From the NCBI GenBank assembly GCA_032718475.1, contig JAUCBJ010003036.1, positions 26,256-90,255 of the forward strand: 64,000 nt of DNA, written 5' to 3'. Of the stretch, positions 1-11,845 are shown piece after piece. Every line of letters starts with the position of its first letter. The stretch's first letter is position 1. Position numbers and translations under genes: made by a program. Source of the stretch: Nemertoderma westbladi (taxonomy: Eukaryota > Animalia > Xenacoelomorpha). The notes beneath the pieces were generated by a model. The model was not told the origin of the DNA, made no database searches, and was given only the letters and a program-made list of their open reading frames with translations.

Positions 1-4
1 TTAA

Positions 5-781
5 GGGGGGTATCGGCGACTGCAAAATTTTAAAATTTCCTGAAAATTTTTCGAAATTTTGTTTCTTCTAATTTTCTGGTTTGATAGGTCTTTCACGTGG
101 TGACATCGGTTTGCACCATTGAATAATTTTCCACCACAAAACAGAACTTTTCAACAACATAATTTATTGGTAATATTCATGACTCTCTGCATAAAACAAC
201 CTTTTACTCAGTTTGCCGATTTTTACATTTTTCATCACTAAATTCCCTACTACTTTTTTATTTTTCACTCAATTTTTATCAAACATATACCAAAATGTTC
301 AGCATCTATAGGGCTACAATCCTTAGTATTGGTTTTGTAACATATGTCCATTTGGATGTTCTATGATCCATTATGTAACTGCTTCTCTTTGTCTATCTCA
401 AAATATATGATGCCCGAAATATAGCCCGAACATACTAAAACCCCCATAAATTTTTCAAAAACAATAATTATTTTGTGTTGAAATTTTCACAAAAGATAAT
501 CTACATCTAGGTTCATTGGACCAAACTCTTGGAAAGAGAACGGCAACCCAGTTGGTACTACAGATCCTTCTGCATGATATATTTTTCATAAAAACCCTCA
601 AAATCTTTACAAATTTTGAAAAAAGCCGACTTGCACAAAACGTCCCATATTTTTCGAACAAAATGGTTTGCGAAGGTATTTATACCCAGTTCTCTTAGTT
701 AAAGATCACAGATAATTGTGTTAGAGTTTCAGAACAGAAGCTATGAAATTAAAAAAAAATAGATTTGGGATGATACCCCCC
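5..781. mobile_element. Non-autonomous TIR DNA transposon (Kolobok-like MITE)
   Basis: TTAA (1-4) + GGGGGGTATC (5-14) ... GATACCCCCC (772-781) + TTAA (782-785). This is a perfect 10-bp TIR with a TTAA target duplication. Purine-purine termini with TTAA fit Kolobok rather than piggyBac (CC termini). The interior is AT-rich with no transposase ORF. Confidence 0.75.
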
Positions 782-921
782 TTAACTGACCATGCGGTCT
801 GACTAACTAAATCATTGGTATAAGACCTGCAATAGATTGGCTACTGTCATGCAGTCAGGTTGCCAGTATATATGCCTAACAGCCAAAACTGTTAGTACTG
901 TAGTACCGGAAAATGGGTTCT

Positions 922-1386
922 ATCACATGTGAGGCACAGTGACAAATTCCTTTCCCCAGTGGCCATTTTTGGACTAATTTGTCTCAAATTTCACACAGAC
1001 ACTCTCTGACCTATGTGTAACTTCAAAAAAAAAAAATTTAAATTAGGTGATTTTCCGGTTCGAGCAGCACGATATTTCAGCATTTCCTCAATGCAGCATT
1101 TCCTCAATTTTACTTCAATTAGCCGGAAAATCTACAGACAGACACTTCAGGTCGTGTATTTAATGTGATGTAAATTTTACGGCTGCAGAGGACGATGTGC
1201 CCTTCGCGCGGCACGTGAAAAAAACTGTCTTTTCTAGAAAAATACTTTTTAAATTGACCACTGTCAGTACTACTGCGACTGCCCTGCCAGTACCAGACAA
1301 CCGCACTACAGCACTAGCGGACCTCTACCTACTACGCTGTAAGGAATCGATAAAAAAAATTCTTACAACTGTGCCTCAAATATGAT
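922..1386. mobile_element. Putative MITE, superfamily unassigned
   Basis: ATCACATGTGAGGCACAGT (922-940) matches the reverse complement of ACTGTGCCTCAAATATGAT (1368-1386) at 17/19. No coding capacity; TSD not resolved. Confidence 0.5.
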
Positions 1387-1873
1387 GTTACCGGAAAGTG
1401 TACTGTACCAAGGGGTCATATAAGAGAAACGTAAAATAATAAAAGAAAATAAATAAGTTATGCAATGGAATAATATTTTAATAAACTGTAGTTACTTAAG
1501 ATATTACATTATACATTCACAGTTATTGAACGAAGTTATAAGTAAGTAAACGATAGGCTTCTATGCAGTCGGAATAATATTGATTGAGTCTGAAATTGTT
1601 TTGAACAAGAGAGTGTTGTATCAAGGATACAAGCAGAGAAGGAATTTCCCAGATCAGCAATACTGTGGATATGTGTAGAGCTCTCATTATATCACTTATA
1701 AACTAATTAACTATGTGCAGTAGCAGTACTCTATACATGTATTCTTAGAGCTGCGTTGTGGTTTGGCTACAACCCTAATAATATAATAAAGTATATACAT
1801 ATAATTAGAGATAAATTAGTGATGAAAGAGACTAACATATTTAAACAGTATTCTTAATATGCGTACTGATTAG

Positions 1874-1878
1874 GTATG

Positions 1879-1912
<34 letters not shown>

Positions 1913-1930
1913 TGTATGTATGTATGTATG
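1874..1930. repeat. (TATG)n microsatellite
   Basis: Directly visible tandem TATG run. Confidence 0.95.
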
Positions 1931-1977
1931 CAATAAATAAATATATGGCCCGCGTGTATTGCTATGATACAACAAAT

Positions 1978-2477
1978 TAAGGTTTGATTATTTAGAGCAG
2001 CAGTAGTTAAAGTACTCCTCTATGGGAGTCCATGCTGGACTCTAACTGCTGAGGACACCAAATCTCTGGATGGCACATTCACAACAATGCTACGCCGGGT
2101 TCATTGTGTCAAGTACAATGCACACATCTCCAACCAGACACTATATAACATTGGAGGTGTCTCATTGGTTCCCCCAAGCTTGACACTAGAACAAAATCGC
2201 CTCCGCTTTGCAGGACATTGCTTTCGCCGTGAGGACTAGCCAGTGCATAATCTTGTACTTTGGCAGCCTCATGGAGTGAATAAGCATGGTGGACAGCCCA
2301 TGACTTTCTTGAGACGCATCTTAAAGGACACTGGCCTTGAAGATGCGGATAATCTAGCAAATATCATGGGTGATAGGGCGTTGTGGCGGTGCTATTTTGT
2401 CGATAAGCCGGCCCCATCATTCTTAAAAATGCAGCTGCAATGCAGCATGCCGATCCTAGTAGTAGTAGTAGTAGTAG
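1978..2477 (+). pseudogene. 5'-truncated RTE-clade LINE remnant (RT C-terminal region, 3' UTR, (TAG)n tail)
   Basis: Translates as LFRAAVVKVLLYGSPCWTLTAEDTKSLDGTFTTMLRR, resembling the VLLYGxExWTLT...LDGxYTRMLR region of RTE ORFs. It is degenerate and ends in (TAG)n at about 2457-2477. Confidence 0.7.
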
Positions 2478-2621
2478 ACACTAGAACAAAATTGCCTCCG
2501 CTTTGCAGGACATTGCTTTCGCCGTGAGGAACAGCCAGTGCATAATCTTGTACTTTGGTAGCCTCATGGAGTGAATAAGCATGGTGGACAGCCCATGACT
2601 TACTTGAGATGCATAGGACAC
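2477..2621 (+). repeat. Partial direct duplication of the RTE remnant (copy of ~2182-2330)
   Basis: GACACTAGAACAAAAT...CAGCCCATGACTT is repeated with a few substitutions directly after the TAG tail. Confidence 0.85.
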
Positions 2622-2692
2622 CATTCATGGGACACCAAATATAATACAGTCTTACGTGCAAAGTATGATGCATGAATCATACAAAGTATAAT

Positions 2693-3294
2693 ACAGTCTC
2701 ACGCTGCCCTACCCCACAGCCACAGTCTCACGCCGCCCTACCACACAGCCACAGTCTCACACTGCCCTACCCCACAGCCACAGTCTCACGCCACCCTACC
2801 CCACAGCCACAGTCTCACGCCGCCCTACCCGACAGCCACAGTCTGACGCCGCCCACAGCCACAGCCACAGTCTCAAGCTGCCCTACCCCACAGCCACAGT
2901 CTCACGCCACTATACCCCACAGCCAGAGTCTCACGCTGCCCCATCGCCCTACCTGCCGCCCTACCCCACAGCCACAGTCTCACACTGCCTTACCCCACAG
3001 ACACAATCTCACGCCGCCCTACGTCACAGCCACAGTCGCACGCTGCCATAACTAACAGCCAGTCTCACGCCGCCCTACCCCACAGTCACAATCTCACGCC
3101 GCCCTACCCACCCCCTACCCCACAGCCACAATCTGATGCGGCCCTAACCCACAGCCACAGTCTCACGCCACCCTACCTGTCGCCATACCCCACAGCCACA
3201 GTCTCACACTGCCCTACCTGCCGCCCTACCCCACAGCCACAGTCTCACGCCAACCTACCCGCCGTACTACCACACAGCCACAGTCTCACACCGC
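2693..3294. repeat. ~30-bp satellite, left segment (consensus CCCCACAGCCACAGTCTCACGCCGCCCTAC)
   Basis: Tandem degenerate units. The array continues at 22400, after element A. Confidence 0.95.
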
Positions 3295-3527
3295 TGTGGT
3301 GCACGGGCCGAAATGAGTTCTAGTTGAATAAGGCCCCCATGCAACCAAGAAGAAAAGAAGATAGACAGATTTACAGATAAAGTATATCAGTATTGCAGTA
3401 TGATATTCAAACAGGTTACAGCATTAGGTACAACAGCAGTTCTCACATACCGGTAGGTAGGACTATATGTACCAATGGGTTAGGACCACACGACATATCA
3501 TATATATCTCAATTTGAGTTCCCCACA
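3295..3527 (-). repeat. Element A 3' LTR
   Basis: 233 bp; no differences from 22167-22399 found by eye. Confidence 0.97.
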
Positions 3528-3549
3528 CTACACCCCCCCCCCCCCCCCC
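3528..3549 (-). promoter_or_regulatory. Element A polypurine tract
   Basis: Long G run on the minus strand, just upstream of the 3' LTR. Confidence 0.85.
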
Positions 3550-3594
3550 AGTGTGGTACTTGTATGAAACCTGTACACTCTTGAGTCTTTACAT

Positions 3595-4907
3595 TTAGAT
3601 GCCCAAGCGTGATGGAAGTCGGGAAAACCTGCCTGACCTTGTGATAGTTGGTTGAGGAGCTGAGACCGGAGTCGGCCGAGATGGTGTTTGAGCTGGGATG
3701 AATGGGGGCGTTTCTGGACGGAGATGGTTCAGTGGCCGGGTTGGTGTGTCATCTTTGTTGTCGTTGGACCCATCAAGCCTGGCTGGCTTTAGACGGTCGA
3801 TCGAGATACACTCAACTTTGTCATTTGGAAACAGAAGCCGATAGTATTTGGGAGTACGCTCCACAACAAAATATGGGCCTCTGTATGGTGGCTGGAGACC
3901 ACGGCGATTCTTGTCCGGTTGCCGAACCCACACGAAGCTACACTTGTGAAGCTCAGGAGGAATGTAGGGAGCACCACCGGTATTGTGGAGTACAGGAGGC
4001 AGGCGCAAGTCAGCCATGGCACTCTGTAGGCGAGGAAGGAAAATACTTTGCCGTGAGTTTCGGTCTTGGATAAGCCCAGGAGGTGGTGATTCATGGAACT
4101 GACCAGGAACCGAGATTGGGGCACCAAACACCAGTTCGCATGGAGCAGCGCCGATGTCCTCTTTGATAGTGGTACGGTAGCCCAGCAGGACTGTGTCTAG
4201 CTCGTCCGCCCAGTTGTCGGAACCCTCCAGCCGGGCTCGCAGGCCATCCTTGAGCTGCCGATGCAGCCTCTCAACCATCCCATTGGCCTGTGGATGGAAG
4301 GCAGTGGTAGTCGTGTGCTGGGTCCCCAAGATCCTGTTCAAAGCCGCCCAGATCTCCGCAGTGAACTGGCTGCCCCGATCTGAGGTGATCCTCTGAGGGA
4401 CTCCAAACCGTGCAACCCATGCGCTGAACAATGCTCTGGCACAGTCATCTGAGGTCGGCGGTCCAGCCATTGGAATCACCTCACACCATCTGGTAAAGCG
4501 GTCAATGATGGTGAACAGGTGGTCAAAACCCCGAGACACAGGGAGAGGGCCAACTATGTCAACATGGATGTGCGCAAAGCGCTCCAGGGGTGCATCGAGG
4601 TGTTGGAGTGGAGCCCTGGTGTGTTTGGAGATTTTGGCATACTGGCATGCGTGGCACGTCTGTGCCCACTGAATACAGTTCTTTCTCATGGAAGGCCAGA
4701 CGTATTTGGAGGCCACCATCTGGGCAGATGCCCGGGCTTCAGGATGCAGTGGTGCGTGCAATGCCTGGAAGATTCGTCGACGCCAGGATGCTGGAACGAA
4801 TGGCCGCGGTTGACTGGTCCGTCTGATGTTGCACCAGAGGCTGACGCCATTGTCGGCACTTCGTATCTGTCGCAAGACGAGGCCGGTGGCCAAGTCTCCA
4901 GCCTGAA
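3595..4907 (-). pseudogene. Element A pol, 3' part: integrase (HHCC, DDE core, GPY/F module)
   Basis: Motifs HAPLH...CHAC, HIHVDIVGPLP, ITSDRGSQF, HPQANGMVERLHR and GPYFVV...SIDRLKPA. Removing element B and one TSD restores the frame ...TRLLQ|AGDLATGLVLRQ... Confidence 0.95.
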
Positions 4908-5433
4908 TGTGACGGGATCTACGGATCCCGGTTTATCGGTTGGGTTTTCTATCCAAGCGTCCCCGCCGTGTGTGAAAGGTAAAAGAGTTCTGGTGTTCGG
5001 TTATATGTATAAGGTATAATAGTCTGATATATATATAGTATAACACAACAGGTAATATAAGTATGATGGCGGTAGCGGACGGTGACAGAAGTCCCCGTTC
5101 CACCCTACTGATCTGACTGAGTAAACTGAATGAATGATTACAGGTTACTGGTTATATTGCACGGTGGCCTTATTGCTCCTCAATCGATGCCTTGCCCCCC
5201 TCTGATTGGTTGATATCCCTGTTGGCACCCTTTGGAGTGTTTCCCTTCACTCCCTGTGTTCTCTCTCGGTTAGGGGTTTGGCCCCTGACCCTTATTGTGT
5301 GTGTCTCCTTTGGGGCCTATTGTCCCCGTTTACTGGGCTGACACGAGGTTGACTGGTAATCAACCTCGTGCTCCCAATATTGCTTTATGGCTCACTCTAT
5401 GGGTTTGTGTTAGCGGAATTGGATAAGCTAACA
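4908..5433 (-). repeat. Element B 3' LTR
   Basis: Matches 18592-19117 with about 5 substitutions counted by eye. Confidence 0.97.
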
Positions 5434-5442
5434 CTCCCCCCC
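5434..5442 (-). promoter_or_regulatory. Element B polypurine tract
   Basis: CTCCCCCCC on the plus strand (GGGGGGGAG on minus) abutting the LTR. Confidence 0.8.
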
Positions 5443-5814
5443 ATGCTATCTTCCCGGTGAGAAGATAGCATCCAACTCAAGTGCGCTACAATTCCGCTGG
5501 ATCCCGATCTATTATCGGGTGTGGGGTGGGTCTATTTTTTTTCGGAGTCGGCTTTCCAGGCCGCTCCCTATGGGTATGATGTCACTACCCTCTGGCGTCT
5601 CGTGTCGGGCCGATCGTGCGCTTCTTTCACACAATTTTTGTTTCCCCAACACTCTCACCATTCTACTCCAACTCTCGCATACCCCCGGACCTCCTCGTCC
5701 CACACTCTTCCTCTCACTTCTCCTCCCCCACACTTGAATTGCGCCCACGCTCTCTTCGCACTCCGCACTATTACTCCATCCCTCCTTGTCACTCCCTAAG
5801 GCTTTAATCTCTAA

Positions 5815-7260
5815 TGCTACCCCTGTGCTATCATACTATCTACCTACTGCTTACTAACTCTAACTATCTAACTAACTCTGCTAACTACTAACTCTTACTA
5901 CTTCTAGCTCTAACTGAGAGCCTCTAACTTTCTACTGACTCTAACTCTCTACTAAGTCTAACTAACTCCTACTAACTTTCTACTTCTACTAACTCTACTT
6001 GACTCCTCTGAGTCTACCAACTCTGCTAACTAGCTCTACTAACTCTACTCCACTAGCTCTGCTAACTCTACTCCACTAGCTCTGCTAACTCTACTAACTA
6101 GCTCTACTAACTCTACTCCACTCTTCTAACTACGTGGCGCTTGCGGTGCCCACAACCATTCTACTATCTGGCACCCTATGTGCCCTTCTACTACTCAACT
6201 ACCTCTCTAACTTACTACCTGGCACCCTATGTGCCCGTCTCTACTCTTCTACTCTCTGGCACCCTATGTGCCCGTCTCTACTCCTCTACATCCCCTTTAC
6301 GTCTCATCGCCTACACGTGACGCTCTGAGTGCCGGCAGAGCGGGTACGTTAATTATGTGAACTACTACTGACTCTACTAACTCTCTTCTAACTCTACTAA
6401 CTCCTTTTGTGCCCGGCACCTCTTGTGCCCGGCACCTTCTAACTCTACTAACTCTCTTCTAACTCTACTAACTCTTTTTGTGCCCGGCACCTCTTGTGCC
6501 CGGCACCTTCTAACTCTACTAACTCAACTAACTCTACTACTAACTCAACTAACTCTACTACTAACTCTTTTTGTGCCCGGCACCTCTTGTGCCCGGCACC
6601 CACCCTAATTAACATACCCTGCTCTTACATCAAACACGTCATCACGCCCGTGCCCCACTAAGTTCAGCGCATTCCCTACTAACTCTAACTACGTGGCGCT
6701 TACGGTGCCCACAACCCTCTACTGCTACTACTAACACCCCTAACTAGCGGTACTACGTACCCTCTTACTACTCTTACTCTCTAACGGTACTGCGTACCCC
6801 TTAACTCCTATTCTCTAACGGTACTGCGTACCCTCTTACTACTCTTACTCTCTAACGGTACTGCGTACCCCTTAACTCCTATTCTCTAACGGTACTGCGT
6901 ACCCTCTAACTCTTACTCTAACTAGCGGTACTTACGTACCCTCTAACTCTAACTACCTAGCGGTACTTACGTACCCTCTAACTCTACTAGCTAGCGGTAC
7001 AACGTACCCTCTTACTACTCTAGCTCTCTCTACTAGCTAGCGGTACTACGTACCCTCTTACTCTTACTCTAACACTAACTGTCAGTGCTAACTGACTAAC
7101 TAACTAACTCTGACTCTAGGTACTACGTACCTCCTAACTAACTCCTCTACTAACGGTACTACACGTACCCTCCTACTAACTCTTCTACTAACGGTACTAC
7201 GTACCACCCTTTAACTAACTAACTAACTAACTCTTACTACCTAACTTCTACCTACTCTAT
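5815..7260. repeat. Low-complexity (CTA/CTAACT)-rich region with interspersed short palindromes, inside element B
   Basis: G-poor linkers separate recurrent GGCACCCTATGTGCC, GTGCCCGGCAC and GGTAC(N3-5)GTACC motifs. Confidence 0.9.
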
Positions 7261-7985
7261 TATTTAATTATTTTCTTATTTTAATTAAATAATCATTTTA
7301 TATTTTGCGCGTGGGAAGGGCGTCTCGCCCTCATTCCCACCCCCCTCAGTCCAAAACTTTGGACGACTAAAAACTCTCACGTGCCCCTTCTTCCGGTAGG
7401 CACTCTCCTGCTGCCCTCCTATACGTCCTCTAACTCTTCGCCACACTCTCTTCGGTGCTACCTTTGCTGGCCTCCCCCTTCGTATGTGCGCTGGCATTAA
7501 AGCCCTCGACGACCCCCGCTCGTCCCTCGGTATACGCGGTGTCTGCCCGTGCAATGCCCCCTCGCACTGTGTCCGTCCTGCGTGTGTATGCAACACGCCT
7601 CCTTCTACTTTCCCGACTCCCTTTTTTTTTCAATTTTCAATTTATTTTTCCTTTCAACAATTTCCTATTTCAGTACAATCAATACAAACATTGGATGAAG
7701 GTGATGGTGATGACGAAGTAGCAGACAATAGCGAAGCTAGTATAGCCTGCTACTCCGACTGGAAATTGATGGGTTGGAGGTGGGGTGGGGGGGGGGGGGT
7801 GGGTGGGCGTGTCTGCTCCTCTAGAATTTGTCTGGTTTTTGAGCTTTATTGTATGAGATATAATTGATGGTCAGCCGAATAGTGTAGCAGTAGCATTCTG
7901 GGATAGAAGACTTTGAGAGGCAATAAATGGCAGCGACTATAATAAAAGATACGTGGTGAGATATAAAAAGTGGGCATGGGCCTAA

Positions 7986-10900
7986 CTACAGGGACATTAA
8001 CAGGTGGTATTTATACGCTGACGAAAATGCTTTTTTTGATTTTGAGTGTTTTAATTGAGATGGTAGTGCGTTCCAAATTGAAGGGCCTTGATAATTCATG
8101 GAAGCTTTGGAGGAAGTTAGGCGGACCTTCGGAATAGAGAAACCATCCGTAGTAGCAAGGCGAGTTGGATATCTGTGTACAGAGGAAATTTTGGTGAATA
8201 ATGAGCCTAGAGTAGAATCAGGTTTAAATAAGTTAGCGTTTACATCGTACATGAGGGATCCTACTTGGTGCTTATAGAGGAGGTCAATAGGTAGGATGCC
8301 GAGAGACTTATAGATAGGTTTAGAAGAAGCTCGGTAGTGCGAGAAAGTAATACAGCGGAGGAGTTTGTTTATTTTTATACGTAGGGGTTGTAGGGTATAA
8401 GAATGGGTTTTGCCCCAGAGTAGAATGCCATACAATAAATAGGGGTGTACAAGTGAAAAATATAGTTGGCGAAGTATACGAAGGGGAAATATGTGACGCA
8501 GTTTGTAGAATATTCCGGAGGTTCTAGAGATTTTAGACGTAATATGTTTAATGTGAGATTTCCAGTTTAAGTTGTCATCTACTAGAACCCCTAGAAATTT
8601 AGAATGTGGTTTCCGAGTAATGGGGGAATGGTTAATTAGTATTGGGTCGGAGTGAGTATTAGGGTAATTAGAGTATATAGCATATTCAGTCTTAGATAGA
8701 TTGAGAGATAGACGGTTGTCTGATAGCCAGTCCGCAATCTTAGATAATTCAGAGTTAGTTATGGAGATTAAAGAGTCCAGATTAGGTTTAGCTATATGAA
8801 GAGTTGTGTCGTCAGCAAATAATGTTGAGATTAGTGAGGTAGCATTGGGAAGGTCGTTGATATACAATAGGAATAGGATTGGCGAGATAGTGGCGCCTTG
8901 TGGGACACCACATGTAATAGGTAAACTAGAAGAATGGTGGTTACCGATAGAAACAAATTGGGTTCTAGAATCTAGGAAGCTTGAGAGTAGTTGCTGTGGT
9001 ATTCCCCGGATACCATAGGAGTTTAGCTTAGAGGTTAGGATAGAGTGATCAATAGTGTCGAAAGCCTTTTTTAGATCTATATAGATAGCACTGGTGAATA
9101 GTTTTTGGTCTAAGTATTTGTGAATATTCTCTACAACGGATAGCAGAGCATGGGATGTTGTAGATTTAGGGCGAAAGCCGAATTGAGAATTAGACAATAT
9201 GGAATATTTTTTTAGGTACGAGAGTAGTTGGTTATTAATTATGGATTCGTACAGTTTGCTTATTACGGGTAGAAGAGAAATAGGTCGGTAGTTATTAGTG
9301 TCCGATGGGTCGGCACTCTTGAATACGGGAATGACTTTGGCCGATTTAAGAGCCTTAGGGAAGAAGCCTTGAGTTATCGATAGGTTAATTAGGTGAGATA
9401 GATGAATAGATAGTAATTTAGCAGACAACTGTAATAGTTTAATGGGGAAACAATCATGAGATGCAGATTTGGGGTCTAATTGGAGGATTAGATATTCGAC
9501 TTCGACAGGGGATGTCTCTACCAGTGAAAATGAGTTAGAGCGAGTGTGGTTAATGAAGCGTAGTGGGGAGCGGTTGGATTTAGGAATATCGTTGGCTAGT
9601 TTAGGTCCTATGGTAGTAAAGTGTAGGTTGAAAGCTTCAGCAATTTGCTTTGGGTCGGTGATGGTTTTGGCAGAATTATCAGTACGGATAGTTAGTTTTT
9701 TTGGAGTATTTAAATGTTTTGTTTTATTTAATGCAGAGTTTATAATTATCCATGTTTTGCGTATGTTACCTGAGTTAGTTTCGAATTCACTAGAGTAATA
9801 GGCCTTCTCGGCAGCCCTTAGAGTAGAAGTTAATTTATTCCTATAGGTTTTGTAAGCAAGAGTATTAGCAGGGGTAGGATTCCTAATGTAAATTCTGTAT
9901 AATTTGTTTTTATTAATGGAACTTTTAATAAGATTATCAGTCATCCAGGGTTTAGATAATTTTTTACGGGGTGGAATAGATTTCTTAGGTAAATGTTTGT
10001 CGCAGATAGAATTAAAATCGGAGTAGAAAGAGTCTAGTTTGTCCTTGTCGGCTATAGTTGGAGTTAGATAAGACCAAGATTTACTACTGGCTACGTCTCT
10101 CAGAAATTGATCCTTGTTAAAACGCGAGTAATCGAATATTGTGTGTGGAGCTGCTGGATGAAAGTAACAGGAGTACTTCTGGAGGATAACGAATGTAGCA
10201 TAGTGATCAGAAGTGCCTATTTGTGAGTTAAAAGTACCGGCTGTAGTAGTATAATTAGTAATGTTTGTAAGTATATGATCTATAAGAGTTTCAGAGTGTA
10301 TTGTCTGATCGGGTAGTTCATTATGAAAAACACGTGTAGGTTGGTTGATAAGTTGTATAAAACCGTAGGAATTAATGAGGTCAGTATAGGATTTGGAAGT
10401 AGTGGTTGATTTTAGAAGGTTAATATTAATATCTCCTGTGATAATTACATCATAGTTGTTTTTAGTAAGTTCAGTTAGAGCTAGATCGAGTAATTCAAGA
10501 AAATCAGTAGGGAGTACAGAATGTCTACGGTAAATAGTGCCTAGAATTAAGGGCTTGGCATTTTGTGGTCTTTTGATTTGCACCCATGAATTTTCAAGAC
10601 CATTCATTTTTAAATCAGGACGTGGGGACACATCCAGGGATTCCTTGACATAGATAGCAGTACCACCACGATTTAATTTGTCGCCTGTTTTCCGGATGTC
10701 AAGATAAGGGGTGTGAAAACCGGGAAAAGTGATTTCATTTAAATTTGAGTTACTGTCTAAAAAAGTTTCTGAAAATGTGATGACATCGAATTTGGTAGTT
10801 AATGTTAAGAGAAAAGTTTCAATATCAGATTTATTTTTGGGTAAGCTGCGGGCATTAAGGTGGAATATTTTTAGGCCTGTATTATCTAAATTTTTAAAGT

Positions 10901-11267
10901 CGTTGTTAAAAGTATCTTCTGTAAAATAACCGTTATTTATATTAAGTGAGACTGTATTATTTTCGGGGTCAAGCTGGCTAAATGTTTGGTTTATAATGTT
11001 TGAGTCTGTGTCATCATTTATTTCAGGAGAAAAATAGTGAAAAATGTCGCTGTCATTATTGTCTACAACGGAAAACGGAAATATATCGAAATTACAGAAT
11101 ATACAGTAGACATAGGACATTGGGGTGGCTTCTATCTCAGAGCTGGATTGGTAAGATCCACATTGTGCATGATATGAATGGCCGCAAATATTACATTTAA
11201 AGTAGTAGTCCGAGGAGATAAATTGAGAGAAGCAGAGCGCGCATGAAGGGGTAGAAGGTTCATGCAT
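7986..11267 (-). CDS. LINE ORF2: N-terminal PHD-like finger, APE endonuclease, reverse transcriptase
   Basis: 1093 aa. PHD-like: CALC...CNIC..SYHAQC...CIFC. APE: HLNARSL, SETFL, TGDIN, IDHI, SDH. RT: NYRPISLL, DLKKAFDTI, GVPQG, LFADDT, KFLGV. No RNase H. Confidence 0.95.
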   Translation of the reverse strand: MHEPSTPSCALCFSQFISSDYYFKCNICGHSYHAQCGSYQSSSEIEATPMSYVYCIFCNFDIFPFSVVDNNDSDIFHYFSPEINDDTDSNIINQTFSQLDPENNTVSLNINNGYFTEDTFNNDFKNLDNTGLKIFHLNARSLPKNKSDIETFLLTLTTKFDVITFSETFLDSNSNLNEITFPGFHTPYLDIRKTGDKLNRGGTAIYVKESLDVSPRPDLKMNGLENSWVQIKRPQNAKPLILGTIYRRHSVLPTDFLELLDLALTELTKNNYDVIITGDININLLKSTTTSKSYTDLINSYGFIQLINQPTRVFHNELPDQTIHSETLIDHILTNITNYTTTAGTFNSQIGTSDHYATFVILQKYSCYFHPAAPHTIFDYSRFNKDQFLRDVASSKSWSYLTPTIADKDKLDSFYSDFNSICDKHLPKKSIPPRKKLSKPWMTDNLIKSSINKNKLYRIYIRNPTPANTLAYKTYRNKLTSTLRAAEKAYYSSEFETNSGNIRKTWIIINSALNKTKHLNTPKKLTIRTDNSAKTITDPKQIAEAFNLHFTTIGPKLANDIPKSNRSPLRFINHTRSNSFSLVETSPVEVEYLILQLDPKSASHDCFPIKLLQLSAKLLSIHLSHLINLSITQGFFPKALKSAKVIPVFKSADPSDTNNYRPISLLPVISKLYESIINNQLLSYLKKYSILSNSQFGFRPKSTTSHALLSVVENIHKYLDQKLFTSAIYIDLKKAFDTIDHSILTSKLNSYGIRGIPQQLLSSFLDSRTQFVSIGNHHSSSLPITCGVPQGATISPILFLLYINDLPNATSLISTLFADDTTLHIAKPNLDSLISITNSELSKIADWLSDNRLSLNLSKTEYAIYSNYPNTHSDPILINHSPITRKPHSKFLGVLVDDNLNWKSHIKHITSKISRTSGIFYKLRHIFPLRILRQLYFSLVHPYLLYGILLWGKTHSYTLQPLRIKINKLLRCITFSHYRASSKPIYKSLGILPIDLLYKHQVGSLMYDVNANLFKPDSTLGSLFTKISSVHRYPTRLATTDGFSIPKVRLTSSKASMNYQGPSIWNALPSQLKHSKSKKAFSSAYKYHLLMSL

Positions 11268-11845
11268 GGGGCGTTTAGTAAAGCGGGTGAGATGACATGA
11301 AATGATAAGCGAATGATGTTAGTAGTAATATTAACCACTATAAATCATGACGTATACACCTGACTGACATGACATAATATATCAATTAATTATAAGAAAT
11401 ATTTTAGAACTAACAGTAATATATATATATATATATGTGAATGGGATAATCAAAAACGGTATTAATTTAAATTTGACTTTATCCGTAATAAAGGTTTTCA
11501 TCAGAAAGAAAATAAAATAAAGTAAAGATTGGTCCGTTCAAAACTTAGAGATAGGGCTAGTGTTTTTCATTTGTGGCGATTATTATCTTTCTGTTAAATA
11601 GTCCAAATGGATCTATGGTTGAAACATATATAAGTTCAATTATTATCCCTTCAAAAAAAAATTTTAACCTACGATACCGGTACGCTTACATAGAATAACA
11701 ACAAATTAAAGGCTAACAGAGCCAATAGTACAGTAATAGCCCACGACCAATACTGCAATAGGTGAAATGAAGCTGCAACAGTACAGTGGGTAGTACATGA
11801 CATCGCTCAATACTGCATTCAGTGTCGAGTTAGGCTCGATTCGAA

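Noticed and set aside
455-1385. Short ORFs of 60-68 aa in the MITEs
   Set aside because: No transposase motifs; lengths are as expected by chance.
6749-7206. CRISPR-like palindromic repeats with spacers
   Set aside because: Repeats are only ~13 bp, spacers are low-complexity and mutually similar, there are no cas genes, and the context is a eukaryotic retroelement.
5512-7633. Possible env or extra ORF in the 3' region of element B (5512-5748, 7285-7596)
   Set aside because: The ORFs are short with no signal peptide, transmembrane segment or recognisable motif, and the sense strand between them is full of TAG stops.
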